Origin: an uncultured delta proteobacterium | GTDB taxonomy: Bacteria > Myxococcota_A > Polyangia > Polyangiales > Houyiibacteriaceae | Reading direction: 5' to 3' | Assembly: GCA_963712235.1 (NCBI GenBank) | Contig: CAVQHC010000007.1 | Coordinates: forward strand, 221,144-285,143 | Length of the DNA: 64,000 nt | Shown here: positions 1 to 9,350 of the stretch, piece after piece | How positions within the stretch are numbered: position 1 is the first letter of the stretch | Layout: the number at the start of each line of letters is the position of its first letter | Made by a program: the position numbers and the translations under genes | Notes under the pieces: generated by a model | The model's input: the letters and a program-made list of their open reading frames with translations, nothing else | Databases searched by the model: none | Told to the model about the DNA's origin: nothing

Positions 1-465
1 CCCACCTTTGTCCGCAATGTCGACCACACGATGGAGCTGATGCAGGAAGAAACGTTTGGCCCGATCGTCTCCGTCATGCGCGTGGCAGACGAAGAAGAGG
101 CGATTCGTCTTGCCAACGATTCACGATACGGGCTCAGCGGCAGCGTCTGGACGAGAGACATTCAAAGGGGCATCGAGATTGCGAAGCGACTCGAGACGGG
201 CTCGGTCGTGATCAACGACGCGTCGATGGCCTACGGTGCACCCGAGGCGCCATTCGGCGGGATGAAGGACAGCGGTGTGGGTCAGGTCAACGGCCTCGGA
301 GGGCTTCGGGGATATACCCATCAGCAACCGATTTTCATCGACCGCTGGGCGGTCCGCAAGGAGCGCGTTTGGTACCCACACACGGCGAAAACCATAGAAG
401 AAATCGATGGAATGATTCGATTCATCTACGGGAGCGCGCTCAAGAAGCTCGGCTTCTTTTCGTAA
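1..465 (+). CDS. aldehyde dehydrogenase family protein, C-terminal fragment (5' end outside window)
   Basis: Frame open from base 1. EETFGPI, GLSGSVWT and PFGGMKDSGVG motifs match the ALDH C-terminal region. Stop at 463-465. Confidence 0.8.
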   Translation, partial: PTFVRNVDHTMELMQEETFGPIVSVMRVADEEEAIRLANDSRYGLSGSVWTRDIQRGIEIAKRLETGSVVINDASMAYGAPEAPFGGMKDSGVGQVNGLGGLRGYTHQQPIFIDRWAVRKERVWYPHTAKTIEEIDGMIRFIYGSALKKLGFFS

Positions 466-491
466 GCGTGTTCGTCCCGTATAATTGAGCC

Positions 492-1535
492 ATGGCCCGT
501 CCCCGTGACTCGCTCATGCCGTTGGTGCGCAACGGCGTGGATAAGGCAGCGAATCGTCTTTCGCACCTTGGGTACGGCGTGCTTCCCTGGGTCGTTCAAA
601 GTTGGCGCCGTGTTCAGGTCGAGCACAACGTGCCGTACAAGAACACCGGCAGGCGCTCGCACCTGCTCGACATTTACCGGAGCAAAGACGCCGTTGGGTC
701 CTTGCCGACGATCGTATACATCCACGGGGGGGCGTTCTCGATGATGTCGAAGGACACCCATCGAATCATGGCCTACGTCCTTGCGGCCCAGGGGTATCAG
801 GTATTCAACATCAACTACCGGCTCGGCCCCGTACACACCTATCCCAAGCCGCTCAAGGATGCCTTGGCGGCTTTCGAGTGGGTGCTCGACAACGGAGCCA
901 AGTACGGGGCCGACACCACACGGCTAGCGATCATTGGAGAGTCCGCCGGGGCAAATCTCACCGCGGCGCTGGCCTATTGCGCAACGCACCCTCGCCCTGA
1001 ACCGTTTACTCGGAGCATCTTCGAGCGCGACGCGAAGATCGCCTGCGTCGCTCCCTTGTACGGTTTGCTCGACGTGCACGACGTCCGACGCTTCTGGCGT
1101 GACCCAGAAAAGAGCCGGCGCATGGCGAGCTGGATCAAGGGCGAAATACGAGGCACCGCCTACTCGTACCTGGGTCGGCGTGTGAAGCGAGCGCTTCAGT
1201 TTCCATTGGCGAGCCCGCTCCGCCTGTTTGAACGGCAGGTAGTTCCGGGGAGCCGGCCGCTTCCGCCGTTCTTCACGACGGTCGGCACGGCTGACCCGCT
1301 CTTGGGAGACACCATTCGCTTGAACGACGCGCTTGCGAAACGGGACACCGAATGCGAGATGCACGTCTTCCGCGGGGAGATCCATGCGTTCAATGTTTTG
1401 CTCTGGCGCGCCGCGGCGCGGGAGCAATGGGGCGCTCTGTTTGATTTCCTCGACAAGCATATGCACGGGACCGCAAAGGAAGCGCCCGAACATGCGCCGC
1501 ACTACGTTTCGTTGGCCGAGACGTTTGCCGAATAG
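492..1535 (+). CDS. alpha/beta hydrolase, hormone-sensitive-lipase-type esterase/lipase
   Basis: 347-aa ORF with the HGGAF oxyanion motif and a GESAG (GxSxG) nucleophile elbow. Confidence 0.8.
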   Translation: MARPRDSLMPLVRNGVDKAANRLSHLGYGVLPWVVQSWRRVQVEHNVPYKNTGRRSHLLDIYRSKDAVGSLPTIVYIHGGAFSMMSKDTHRIMAYVLAAQGYQVFNINYRLGPVHTYPKPLKDALAAFEWVLDNGAKYGADTTRLAIIGESAGANLTAALAYCATHPRPEPFTRSIFERDAKIACVAPLYGLLDVHDVRRFWRDPEKSRRMASWIKGEIRGTAYSYLGRRVKRALQFPLASPLRLFERQVVPGSRPLPPFFTTVGTADPLLGDTIRLNDALAKRDTECEMHVFRGEIHAFNVLLWRAAAREQWGALFDFLDKHMHGTAKEAPEHAPHYVSLAETFAE

Positions 1536-2404
1536 TCGCGGGTCTCGACCACTTCGGCGAATGGCAGGGGCTCGATCGCTCTTCCGTGCTGTCGCGCCCA
1601 GGCCCGCGTGAAAACCGCGCCCAGAAGAAAGATCTGGGTGGTGTAGTAGATCCAAAGAAGCAAAACGATCAACGAACCGGCCGCTCCGTAAATGGACGCG
1701 GGGCTTGCGTAACCGAGATAAATGCCGATCAGAAAGGAACCGCCCAGGACGAAGAGGCACGTCACTGCGGCGCCGACCCAGACGTCACGCCAGGAGATCA
1801 CGGCGTCGGGAAGCCAGCGGTAGACCAGAGCGATCAGGGGCGCCATCACCGCGAAAGCGCTGCCAAATTCGGCCAACGTGAGCATGTAGCGACTGTCGCC
1901 GAAAAGGTGGGCCGCTGCTGCGGCGCCCGCGTGCAGTACGACCAGTGCGATCAACGAGCTCCCAAACACCAGAACCATGGCAAAGGCGAGCAGTCGTCGC
2001 TCGACGAGGTGCAGGGTCTCCGACCGACTGGCGTGTACCAAGAGCTTGGGTCGAATCCCCCACATGTGATTGAGCGCGCGCCGAAGCATGGAGAACAAGC
2101 GCGCAGAGATGTAGAGCATGAAGATCGCCCCGATCACGGGAGCGGTGAAGCTCGTCGCCTCATCGCCGAGCTTCACGATCGTGTCGATGAGGAATGTAGC
2201 CAAGTCGGGGCCGAGAAAGGCCCCGACCTGCCCTACGAGCTCCTCCCGGGCCGCCGACTCCGACATGACCAGCGAGGCGATGAGCAAGGCGACGACGCCG
2301 AGCGGAGCAATCGCCAACGACGCATAAAAGGCGATTGCCCCGGAGAGCAGTCGCCCATCATGCGACGCGAAGTAGCGCCAAGTCTCGATCAAAAGCGAGA
2401 CCAT
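1502..2404 (-). CDS. YihY/BrkB family inner membrane protein
   Basis: 300-aa polytopic membrane ORF. N-terminal LSGAIAFYASLAIAPL signature of the YihY family. Confidence 0.75.
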   Translation of the reverse strand: MVSLLIETWRYFASHDGRLLSGAIAFYASLAIAPLGVVALLIASLVMSESAAREELVGQVGAFLGPDLATFLIDTIVKLGDEATSFTAPVIGAIFMLYISARLFSMLRRALNHMWGIRPKLLVHASRSETLHLVERRLLAFAMVLVFGSSLIALVVLHAGAAAAAHLFGDSRYMLTLAEFGSAFAVMAPLIALVYRWLPDAVISWRDVWVGAAVTCLFVLGGSFLIGIYLGYASPASIYGAAGSLIVLLLWIYYTTQIFLLGAVFTRAWARQHGRAIEPLPFAEVVETRDYSANVSANET

Positions 2405-2410
2405 CCTGAC

Positions 2411-3739
2411 TCAGTAGCGGTAGTAGCTAGGCTTGAACGGCCCCTGTGGCGAGATCCCGAGATATTCGGACTGGGCCGGCGTGAGCTTGGTGAGCTTAGC
2501 GCCGAGCTGTCCGAGATGAAGCTCCGCGACCTTCTCGTCGAGCTCCTTCGAAAGCACGTAGACTTTTCCGTCTTCGTAGCGATCGCGCTCGGTCCAGAGT
2601 GAAATCTGCGCCAGCACTTGGTTGCTAAACGAGTTGCTCATCACGAAGCTCGGGTGGCCGGTTGCGCAGCCGAGGTTCACGAGGCGCCCGCGTGCGAGCA
2701 CGATGATGCGCTTCCCGTCGGGGAAGATGAAGTGGTCGACCTGCGGCTTGATCGCCTCTTCGGTGACACCGTTGGACGGATCGGTGAGCCAGGCGACCTG
2801 AATCTCCGAATCGAAGTGACCAATGTTGCAGAGGATGGCCTCGTTCTTCATCTGCTTCATGTGCTCGCCGGTAACGACGTCACAGCAGCCGGTGGCGGTG
2901 ACGAAGATGTCGGCGATCGGCGCGGCCTCTTCCATGGTGACGACCTGGAGACCCTCCATGGTCGCCTGAAGCGCGCAAATCGGATCGATTTCGGTCACGA
3001 GGACGCGCGCACCCGCGCGGGCGACGGCTTGGACGCAGCCCTTGCCGACATCGCCGTAACCGGCGACGACCACCACTTTGCCGGCGATCATCACGTCGGT
3101 CGCCCGCTTGATGCCATCGACCAGCGACTCGCGGCAGCCGTACAGGTTGTCGAACTTCGCCTTGGTCACCGAGTCGTTCACATTGATGGCGGGGCACTTG
3201 AGCGTGCCTTCACGCTCCATATCATAGAGACGATGCACGCCGGTGGTGGTCTCCTCGGAGAGGCCAACAATGCGATCGGGGCCTTGGAACAGTTCCGGGT
3301 ACTGCTGGTGGACAACCGCGGTGAGGTCGCCGCCGTCGTCGAGCAGCATGTTCGGGGCCTTGCCACCGTCGAATGCGCGAATCTGCTGCTGGATGCACCA
3401 GTCGTACTCTTCCTCGGTCTCCCCCTTCCAGGCGAAGACGGGCACGCCGGTTGCGGCGATGGCCGCAGCGGCGTGGTCCTGAGTCGAGTAGATGTTGCAG
3501 CTCGTCCAGGTGACCTCGGCGCCGAGCTCGCGAAGCGTCTCGATCAAAACCGCCGTCTGGATGGTCATGTGAAGGCAGCCGGCAACACGCGCGCCGGCGA
3601 GCGGCTTCTGAGCGCCGTATTCTCGTCGAAGCGCCATCAGGCCGGGCATTTCATGCTCGGCGATCGCGATTTCCTTTCGTCCCCAGTCAGCCAACGAAAG
3701 GTCGGCAACTTTATGCTTCAGATCTGGATTTGGGCTCAT
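2411..3739 (-). CDS. ahcY: adenosylhomocysteinase
   Basis: Full-length similarity to SAH hydrolase ([11 protein letters not shown] site, C-terminal PFKPSYYRY). The ATG at 3739 is preceded by GGAGA. The ORF-track start at 3790 is judged an over-extension. Confidence 0.95.
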   Translation of the reverse strand: MSPNPDLKHKVADLSLADWGRKEIAIAEHEMPGLMALRREYGAQKPLAGARVAGCLHMTIQTAVLIETLRELGAEVTWTSCNIYSTQDHAAAAIAATGVPVFAWKGETEEEYDWCIQQQIRAFDGGKAPNMLLDDGGDLTAVVHQQYPELFQGPDRIVGLSEETTTGVHRLYDMEREGTLKCPAINVNDSVTKAKFDNLYGCRESLVDGIKRATDVMIAGKVVVVAGYGDVGKGCVQAVARAGARVLVTEIDPICALQATMEGLQVVTMEEAAPIADIFVTATGCCDVVTGEHMKQMKNEAILCNIGHFDSEIQVAWLTDPSNGVTEEAIKPQVDHFIFPDGKRIIVLARGRLVNLGCATGHPSFVMSNSFSNQVLAQISLWTERDRYEDGKVYVLSKELDEKVAELHLGQLGAKLTKLTPAQSEYLGISPQGPFKPSYYRY

Positions 3740-3753
3740 GATGGTATTGTCTC

Positions 3754-4728
3754 CTATTTCGGTCCACGTCGCGCTGCGAGCACCTGCCACTTCAAATGGG
3801 CGTCAGGCCCAGGCCCGTAGCGCGCCGCGGGAATTTCAAATACGTCGGGGTGAATCAACCCCGCTGACTTCGCGAAGTTCGAAAGCTCCTTGCGGTCGAA
3901 ACCGAGCCATAGATCGGCCTGGTGCTCGCGCATGAGCTCGTCATCGTGGGAGCAGTAGTCGATGACCACCGCCTGGCCGCCCGGGCGAACGAGCGAGGCC
4001 AGCAGTGACACCACTTGCTGGGGTTTTGGCGCGTGGTGCAGCAAACGAACCGCGAACACCGCGTCGGCCCCGCCAAGCTCACAAACCCGATCCGAGACGG
4101 CTGGATCGTCGTACTCGGCCTGGATGAGCTCGACATGGTCATAGCCATGGCTCGAGAGCCTGCGCTGAGCGGCGGCAAGTTGCTTTTCGGAACGGTCGAC
4201 GGCGATTACACGGTCGAACAGAGGCGCTAGGAGCTCGACGAGCGCGCCATCGCCGGTGCCAAGATCGACCGCGAGGGATCGCCGGGGCAACAGGGTACGG
4301 ATCGCCGTGAGGTAGGCGGACCATTCAGACACCGACCTTGGGGACGCGTCGTCCGCTGGTTGCTCGAAAAACGCGCGCGCATCGTCGTCCCGCGCTTTAA
4401 TCACCGCGGTGATGCGCGAAAGGCTGCCATCTTCGCTGCAAAGTGCGCGGCCGGATCGAATCGCGTCGGCCAAGAGAGGATCCCCGTTCAAGTCGGGCGA
4501 CAAACTCGCAAACGCACGCGTCCCCTGACGGCGAACGGCCACCAGGCCCGCCTCCCGGAGCAGCTTCAAGTGCTTGGAGACGTTCGGCTGCGCCTCGCGC
4601 GTGAGCTCCGCAAGCTCGCCGATCGAGAGCTCTTCTTCGGAAGTGAGGCCGAGCAGACGGAGTCGCCGCGGCTCACCGAGAAGTCGGTAGAGCTCCCAGC
4701 GCGGGGATTCGGCGAGGGCCACAGGCAT
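3754..4728 (-). CDS. ArsR/SmtB-family HTH regulator fused to a SAM-dependent methyltransferase
   Basis: N-terminal [31 protein letters not shown] winged-HTH. Central [10 protein letters not shown] methyltransferase motif I. Ends 14 nt upstream of ahcY. Confidence 0.8.
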   Translation of the reverse strand: MPVALAESPRWELYRLLGEPRRLRLLGLTSEEELSIGELAELTREAQPNVSKHLKLLREAGLVAVRRQGTRAFASLSPDLNGDPLLADAIRSGRALCSEDGSLSRITAVIKARDDDARAFFEQPADDASPRSVSEWSAYLTAIRTLLPRRSLAVDLGTGDGALVELLAPLFDRVIAVDRSEKQLAAAQRRLSSHGYDHVELIQAEYDDPAVSDRVCELGGADAVFAVRLLHHAPKPQQVVSLLASLVRPGGQAVVIDYCSHDDELMREHQADLWLGFDRKELSNFAKSAGLIHPDVFEIPAARYGPGPDAHLKWQVLAARRGPK

Positions 4729-4781
4729 CTTTCCTCATATATTCCCTCATTCGCATGGATGCAAGCTAGCTAGACCGATAA

Positions 4782-4799
4782 TTCGTACAAATGTATGAA
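4782..4799. promoter_or_regulatory. imperfect 8-2-8 palindrome TTCGTACA-AA-TGTATGAA in an AT-rich spacer upstream of the ArsR-MTase/ahcY operon (candidate operator)
   Basis: Read directly. One mismatch between the arms. Lies 54-71 nt upstream of the ATG at 4728 in the only AT-rich stretch nearby. Confidence 0.25.
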
Positions 4800-4800
4800 A

Positions 4801-5823
4801 TTATGCGTTTTTCTCTTTCAATGCACGCAGGTAGTACGCCTGCGCGAATTCTCCCCCTCGCTCGCAGGCCTGTTCGAGGAGGGGCACGGCGTCGGCGGGC
4901 TTGCCGAGCTCCACCAGGACAGCCCCCTCGAGAGCCGGATCGGCGCGTCGCTCCCCGGACATCGAGGTCAGCGCTTGATGAGCCTCGCCCGGCTCCCCGC
5001 TGATGAGCCTCCCCCAGGCCAGCAGGTGGAAGGCCTCGTCCAGTTGTTCGGTGGAATCGGCCTTGGCGATGAGCTCGGACGCGGCACGAACTACGCCCTC
5101 GCCGTCGCCACGCTCCAGCGCCTCGAACGCTTGTTGGATGAGGTTTGGCGCCGCCACAGGCTCCCCGGGCGGTGAGGCGAGGCGCTGGCGTTCGATTCGA
5201 AACGCTTGGTACGTGCTGAAGGCAAGCAGGAAAAGAAGAATGGTCATCGGGTACTGCTGGAACGTGACGGTCACCGCGAAGAGCACGCTTATGACTGCAA
5301 AGGAAACGTAACAGGCGAGCAATCGCCCCCGAGACGGGGAAACGAGCTCCATGAGCGACGCCACGATATTGCCTCCGTCGAGCGGAAGCACCGGCAAGAG
5401 ATTCAAGATCCCCCAACCGAGGTTGACGAAGATGAGCGAGTGAAATGCGTAGCGCGCGAGCGAAGGGTCAGGAATACGCAGCGCGTCCATCAGCACTAAG
5501 GCGAGCGACCCGATGAAAATGCCCACGGCGGGACCTGCGGCGCTCACCATCAAGCTTCGCCCAGGGCTCATGGGCTCTTGTTGCTCCCACCACGTCAGGC
5601 CACCGAGCGCGATGAGCTCGATTCGAGGCTGCCTGCCAAACACCCGACCGACGATGGCGTGGCCGAGCTCGTGCATGAGAATCCCCTGGAATACGACCAG
5701 CACCCAGATCAGAAGACCCGCCCAGCCCTGTTCGCTGTTCAGCGTCCAAAGCCAGAGCGCCATCAGCCAAAACCACAAATGAATGCGGACCGGGATTCGA
5801 AACAGGCTGAATTGGATACTCAT
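4801..5823 (-). CDS. M50 (site-2 protease family) zinc metalloprotease with C-terminal helical-repeat domain
   Basis: HELGH zinc motif within a TM helix and the NLLPVLPLDGG motif. The start at 5823 (MSIQFSLF) avoids overlap with nth. An alternative start is at 5895. Confidence 0.75.
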   Translation of the reverse strand: MSIQFSLFRIPVRIHLWFWLMALWLWTLNSEQGWAGLLIWVLVVFQGILMHELGHAIVGRVFGRQPRIELIALGGLTWWEQQEPMSPGRSLMVSAAGPAVGIFIGSLALVLMDALRIPDPSLARYAFHSLIFVNLGWGILNLLPVLPLDGGNIVASLMELVSPSRGRLLACYVSFAVISVLFAVTVTFQQYPMTILLFLLAFSTYQAFRIERQRLASPPGEPVAAPNLIQQAFEALERGDGEGVVRAASELIAKADSTEQLDEAFHLLAWGRLISGEPGEAHQALTSMSGERRADPALEGAVLVELGKPADAVPLLEQACERGGEFAQAYYLRALKEKNA

Positions 5824-5869
5824 CGCTCGGAATATGGGACGTGGCTGGGTCGACGACCAGTGCTTGCCG

Positions 5870-6523
5870 CTAGCGGCGCCGTGATTCTTCGGCAATTCGC
5901 TTCTTGCTGGCGGCCCAGCCGCAGATTGGACACTGGCGGAGGTCGTGTCCGCGTGCGGGGCAATGCTCGCGGCCGAAGTAGATTATCTGCAGGTGGCGGC
6001 GATTCCAAGTGTCTTCTGGGAAGAGCTTCTTCAGATCAGCCTCGGTCTTGACGACGTCTTTTCCGTTGGAGAGCCCCCAGCGCGCGGCGAGGCGATGGAT
6101 GTGCGTGTCCACAGGAAACGCCGGTCGGCCAAAGGCCTGGCAGACCACCACGGACGCCGTCTTGTGCCCGACACCCGGAAGCGCTTCGAGCGCATCAATA
6201 TCGTCGGGAACCTGGCCGTCGTGGCGCTCGAGCAGCAAACCGGCCATCGCCTTGAGATTCTTCGCTTTCGTAGGCGCGAGCCCGACCGTACGGATGTGGG
6301 CCAGAATGCGATCGACGGGCATGGCAGCCATCGACTCGGGATCCGGAGCCTCTGAAAACAAGGCGGGCGTGACTTCGTTAACCTTCTTGTCCGTGGTCTG
6401 CGCGCTCAGAAGGACCGACACGAGGAGTGTGAACGGATCCTGGTGGTCGAGCGGAATCGGAGGCGCCGGATAGAGCGTGTCGAGGATGGCTCCAATGCGG
6501 TCGGCTTTCTCCCGACGGGTCAT
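5870..6523 (-). CDS. nth: endonuclease III-like HhH-GPD DNA glycosylase
   Basis: LPGVGHKTA helix-hairpin-helix with the catalytic Lys, and VDTHIHR with the catalytic Asp. The C-terminal Cys pattern is atypical (see findings). Confidence 0.85.
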   Translation of the reverse strand: MTRREKADRIGAILDTLYPAPPIPLDHQDPFTLLVSVLLSAQTTDKKVNEVTPALFSEAPDPESMAAMPVDRILAHIRTVGLAPTKAKNLKAMAGLLLERHDGQVPDDIDALEALPGVGHKTASVVVCQAFGRPAFPVDTHIHRLAARWGLSNGKDVVKTEADLKKLFPEDTWNRRHLQIIYFGREHCPARGHDLRQCPICGWAASKKRIAEESRRR

Positions 6524-6531
6524 CGCGTGGG

Positions 6532-7161
6532 CTACTGCTCTTTCGCATCGGCATTAATCGTGTACTTCGCGATCATGCTCGCTTGGCCCAGCACGTGGCC
6601 ATCCATGGCAGACTGGACGTCTTCGGACGTGAACTTCCCGTCTACGCCGAGACGCTCGACGTCGAGCGCATAGACGGTGAACCGGTAGTGGTGCACGATG
6701 CTGTCGTTGAACGGGGGACAGGGGCCGTCGTAGCCGTAATAGTCGCCGGCCATCTCCGGATCGGACGCGAACCAGCCCGTGTAGTCGTTGATCCCCTGTC
6801 GGCTGCCATGAGGACCTTCCGGTCCATCCTTCCCTTTTGCAGTGACGCCGTCGCAGTAGTCGCCCTCGACGACCGTGGCCGTCGGTGCGACATCGACGAG
6901 AACCCAGTGACTGAAGTCGGTGCGTGGCAGATCTGCGGGCACGACACGGCCGACCTGGTTCACATCGTCGGGCTTGGTCGGTACGTCGCGATCGATGCAC
7001 AGGAGCACGATCGATTTTGTGCCCTGCGGTAGATCCGACCAGGCGAAGTGAGGGTTCCGGTTGTCGGACAGATCGATCTGCCCCTCGGCGCTTCGTTTAC
7101 CGAACGCGTACTGGATTGGGAGGAAATCGCCGTCGTTGAAACTGTCACTGCGGAGCTTCAT
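6532..7161 (-). CDS. YbhB/YbcL family Raf-kinase-inhibitor-like (PEBP) protein
   Basis: GPCPP...HHYRFTVYALD signature. Start taken at MKLRSDSF (7161). An alternative ATG is at 7197. Confidence 0.8.
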   Translation of the reverse strand: MKLRSDSFNDGDFLPIQYAFGKRSAEGQIDLSDNRNPHFAWSDLPQGTKSIVLLCIDRDVPTKPDDVNQVGRVVPADLPRTDFSHWVLVDVAPTATVVEGDYCDGVTAKGKDGPEGPHGSRQGINDYTGWFASDPEMAGDYYGYDGPCPPFNDSIVHHYRFTVYALDVERLGVDGKFTSEDVQSAMDGHVLGQASMIAKYTINADAKEQ

Positions 7162-7207
7162 GGGGCGAAGATCAGCACCCGGATCGCGCGGTGTCAATGG
7201 GGCGGTG

Positions 7208-8332
7208 CTAGAGTCCGCGAAGGACGGTTAGGTAGCGTTCGGCCGTGCTGTCCCAGGGGAACGTCGAGGTGACATATTCGGCGGTGCGTTTGCTTGCGGC
7301 GCGAAGGGCTTCGGGGTCGTCCGCTAGAGCTTGAATACGCGCTGCAAACGCATCCGCGTCTGCGGTCGGTGCGAACCAGCCGTTGACGCCTTCGTCGATG
7401 ACGTCTCGGATGCCTTCGAGGTCGGCGGCGAGCGTGGGGAGGCCGCAGGCGCCGGCTTCGAGCATCACGATGCCGAAGCCCTCCATGTCACCGGGGACGA
7501 CGATGTTCGGCATGACAAACAGCTGGCCTCTTCGGTAGAGCTCGACGAGCTCGGCTTCGGAAATCCTGCCCAAACAACGGACGCGTTGTTGAAGCCCCGC
7601 ACGTTCAATCGCCACTTGGATGTTCTCGCGTTCCGGTCCGTCGCCGGCGAGCCAGAAGACCACGCGATCTGGGAGTTTCGGCATGACGTTCTCGATGAAC
7701 CACGCGAATCCCTTGCGGCGGACTTGGCGCCCGACCGTGACCAGTAGGAATGCTTCCTCGGGCAGCGGCGGAGCCCCGGCAATGTCCAAACTCGCGGCTT
7801 CCATTCGCGAAGCCGCCACCCCCTCGAAGCGATCGAGGTCAACGGCGTTGGGGACCACGTGCACGCGTTCGCGCGGCAAACCGCGCTCCACCAACTGCTC
7901 GCCGGTGGCGCGGCTGACCGGCATGACTGCGTCGAGCATCCCGCACAGCCGCCGCACCGCCTTCTGGTACAGTGGGTTCGGGTCGGTGACGTCCAGTCCG
8001 TGCACAATTGCGGCCAGCCGGATGCCTTTCTTCTTGAGCGCAGGACCCGCGATCAGAAGCGGAAGCGCGCTGGTCATGCTGCTGAAGAGAATCGTATCGG
8101 CCCGATACGCCGCGGCCTCGCGTCCAAGCCGAACAGCGAGCGAAGCCAAGAACGGCACGGCTTTGACGTGCACCCACCTCCAACTCGAACGAAGCGCGAG
8201 GGTTCGCATCTGCACGTCGTCACGCTTCTCGAGCTCGCCGTGGAGCTCCATCGCCACGCGCTGCATTCCCCCCATGTTGCTCAATGGGGCATCCGACGGT
8301 GGAAACGAATGGGAGACGAAAAGGAGTCGCAC
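7208..8332 (-). CDS. glycosyltransferase family 4 (GT-B fold)
   Basis: 374-aa ORF with the EGFGIVMLEAGACGLP motif of GT4/GT1-type transferases. GTG start. Confidence 0.8.
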   Translation of the reverse strand: MRLLFVSHSFPPSDAPLSNMGGMQRVAMELHGELEKRDDVQMRTLALRSSWRWVHVKAVPFLASLAVRLGREAAAYRADTILFSSMTSALPLLIAGPALKKKGIRLAAIVHGLDVTDPNPLYQKAVRRLCGMLDAVMPVSRATGEQLVERGLPRERVHVVPNAVDLDRFEGVAASRMEAASLDIAGAPPLPEEAFLLVTVGRQVRRKGFAWFIENVMPKLPDRVVFWLAGDGPERENIQVAIERAGLQQRVRCLGRISEAELVELYRRGQLFVMPNIVVPGDMEGFGIVMLEAGACGLPTLAADLEGIRDVIDEGVNGWFAPTADADAFAARIQALADDPEALRAASKRTAEYVTSTFPWDSTAERYLTVLRGL

Positions 8333-8344
8333 CAGGCCGTGTCC

Positions 8345-8626
8345 CTACTCGTAGGTACAGAGGTAGGCCGTGTCGATCGCGACCTGCAGGTGGAACTTCT
8401 GCTGCGCATCGACCACGAAGCTCGTGCCCGCCTCGTAGCGCACCCAGTCCTCGGAGCCCGGAAGCTTCACAGTGAGCGCGCCGCTGACCACGGTCACTGT
8501 CTCTTTGTCCGTGGTCGCAAACTCGTAGTTCCCCGGGGCCATCACACCAACGGTGGCGCGGAGCGTTTCGGTCTGAAAACCAATCGACTTCACCTTGCCG
8601 TCGAAGTACTCATTGACGTCGAGCAT
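8345..8626 (-). CDS. ppnP: pyrimidine/purine nucleoside phosphorylase PpnP (DUF1255 cupin)
   Basis: 93-aa product beginning [17 protein letters not shown], matching the PpnP/YaiE family over its full length. The ORF-track extension to 9265 runs into the repeat and is rejected. Confidence 0.85.
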   Translation of the reverse strand: MLDVNEYFDGKVKSIGFQTETLRATVGVMAPGNYEFATTDKETVTVVSGALTVKLPGSEDWVRYEAGTSFVVDAQQKFHLQVAIDTAYLCTYE

Positions 8627-8734
8627 GCTCACTCTCCCGGGATCATCGGCGCCGTGGTCACCATCGCGCTGCCGGCTAAGAGCGCGCGTAGCACGACCCC
8701 GGCGCCATGTCAGTACCGGAGCGGCAGTGACACT

Positions 8735-9350
8735 GGCGCCGCAGCGACCGGGGCGCGGAAAAAGGCGCGACACGGGGCTGCGTCGAACGGCTCGGCTTGC
8801 AAAGGTGGCCGGAGGGGCTTGAGGCCTGAGGCCACGCAAGCCGAGCCTCGGAGCTCGCGCCAATCGGCGGTGGTTGCTGTCTTGCCGATTGTCACTCGCG
8901 ACGTCGACTCCGCCCCATATCGCGCCTTTTTCCGCGCCCCTCCCTACGGAGACAGGACCACCCAACCTTCCCCAAACAGCAGGCGGCAGCGCGAGCCCGA
9001 AGGGCGAAGCCCGGCGCCAAAGGCGCCGGCAAGGCAGAGCGAAGCGAATGCCGCGCCAGGGAGGATTACGGGTGGGGGTGGGCGGGGCGGTGCAATCAAG
9101 CCGTACCACCCAACCCACCCAAGACCCACCCCCCAAACACCCGCGGCAGCACAACCCGCTCGGCGCCACCCGCCCCTCCATACGGAGACAGGACGCACAA
9201 CCTTCCCAACCGGCAGGCGGCAGCGCGAGCCGGAACGGCGAAGCCCGGCGCGAACGCGCCGGCAAGGCAGAGCGAAGCGAATGCCGCGCCAGGGAGGATT
9301 ACGGGTGGGGGTGGGCGGGCGGTGTAACCAAACCGGGCAGTGTAACTAAA
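8735..9350 (+). repeat. composite hairpin-rich repeat, copy A (palindromic head 8748-8942 plus two long tandem units)
   Basis: A homologous ~600-bp copy lies at 33119-33720. The outer inverted repeat is 8750-8778 / 8912-8940. Inner hairpins are 8789-8800/8836-8847 and 8861-8868/8884-8891. Units start at 8939 and 9172. Confidence 0.8.

Noticed and set aside
3740-3753. An SAH riboswitch upstream of ahcY.
   Set aside because: Only 14 nt separate ahcY from the preceding gene, and no leader of adequate length exists.
8748-8942. A retron msr/msd, or an IS200/IS605-type or other transposon end, as the identity of the palindromic head module.
   Set aside because: No reverse transcriptase, TnpA/TnpB/IscB or RAYT ORF lies adjacent to either copy. 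This cannot be excluded at the genome level, but nothing in the window supports it.
8985-9060. A tRNA-like gene: the ~75-nt segment is closed by a 7-bp stem and has three internal hairpins.
   Set aside because: It lacks the conserved D-loop GG, the T-loop TTCRA and a 7-nt anticodon loop. The arm and loop sizes are incompatible with a tRNA.
8939-9350. A CRISPR array as an explanation for the tandem units.
   Set aside because: The period is about 170-230 nt with no alternation of short repeats and unique spacers. There are no cas genes. The units are themselves multi-hairpin structures.
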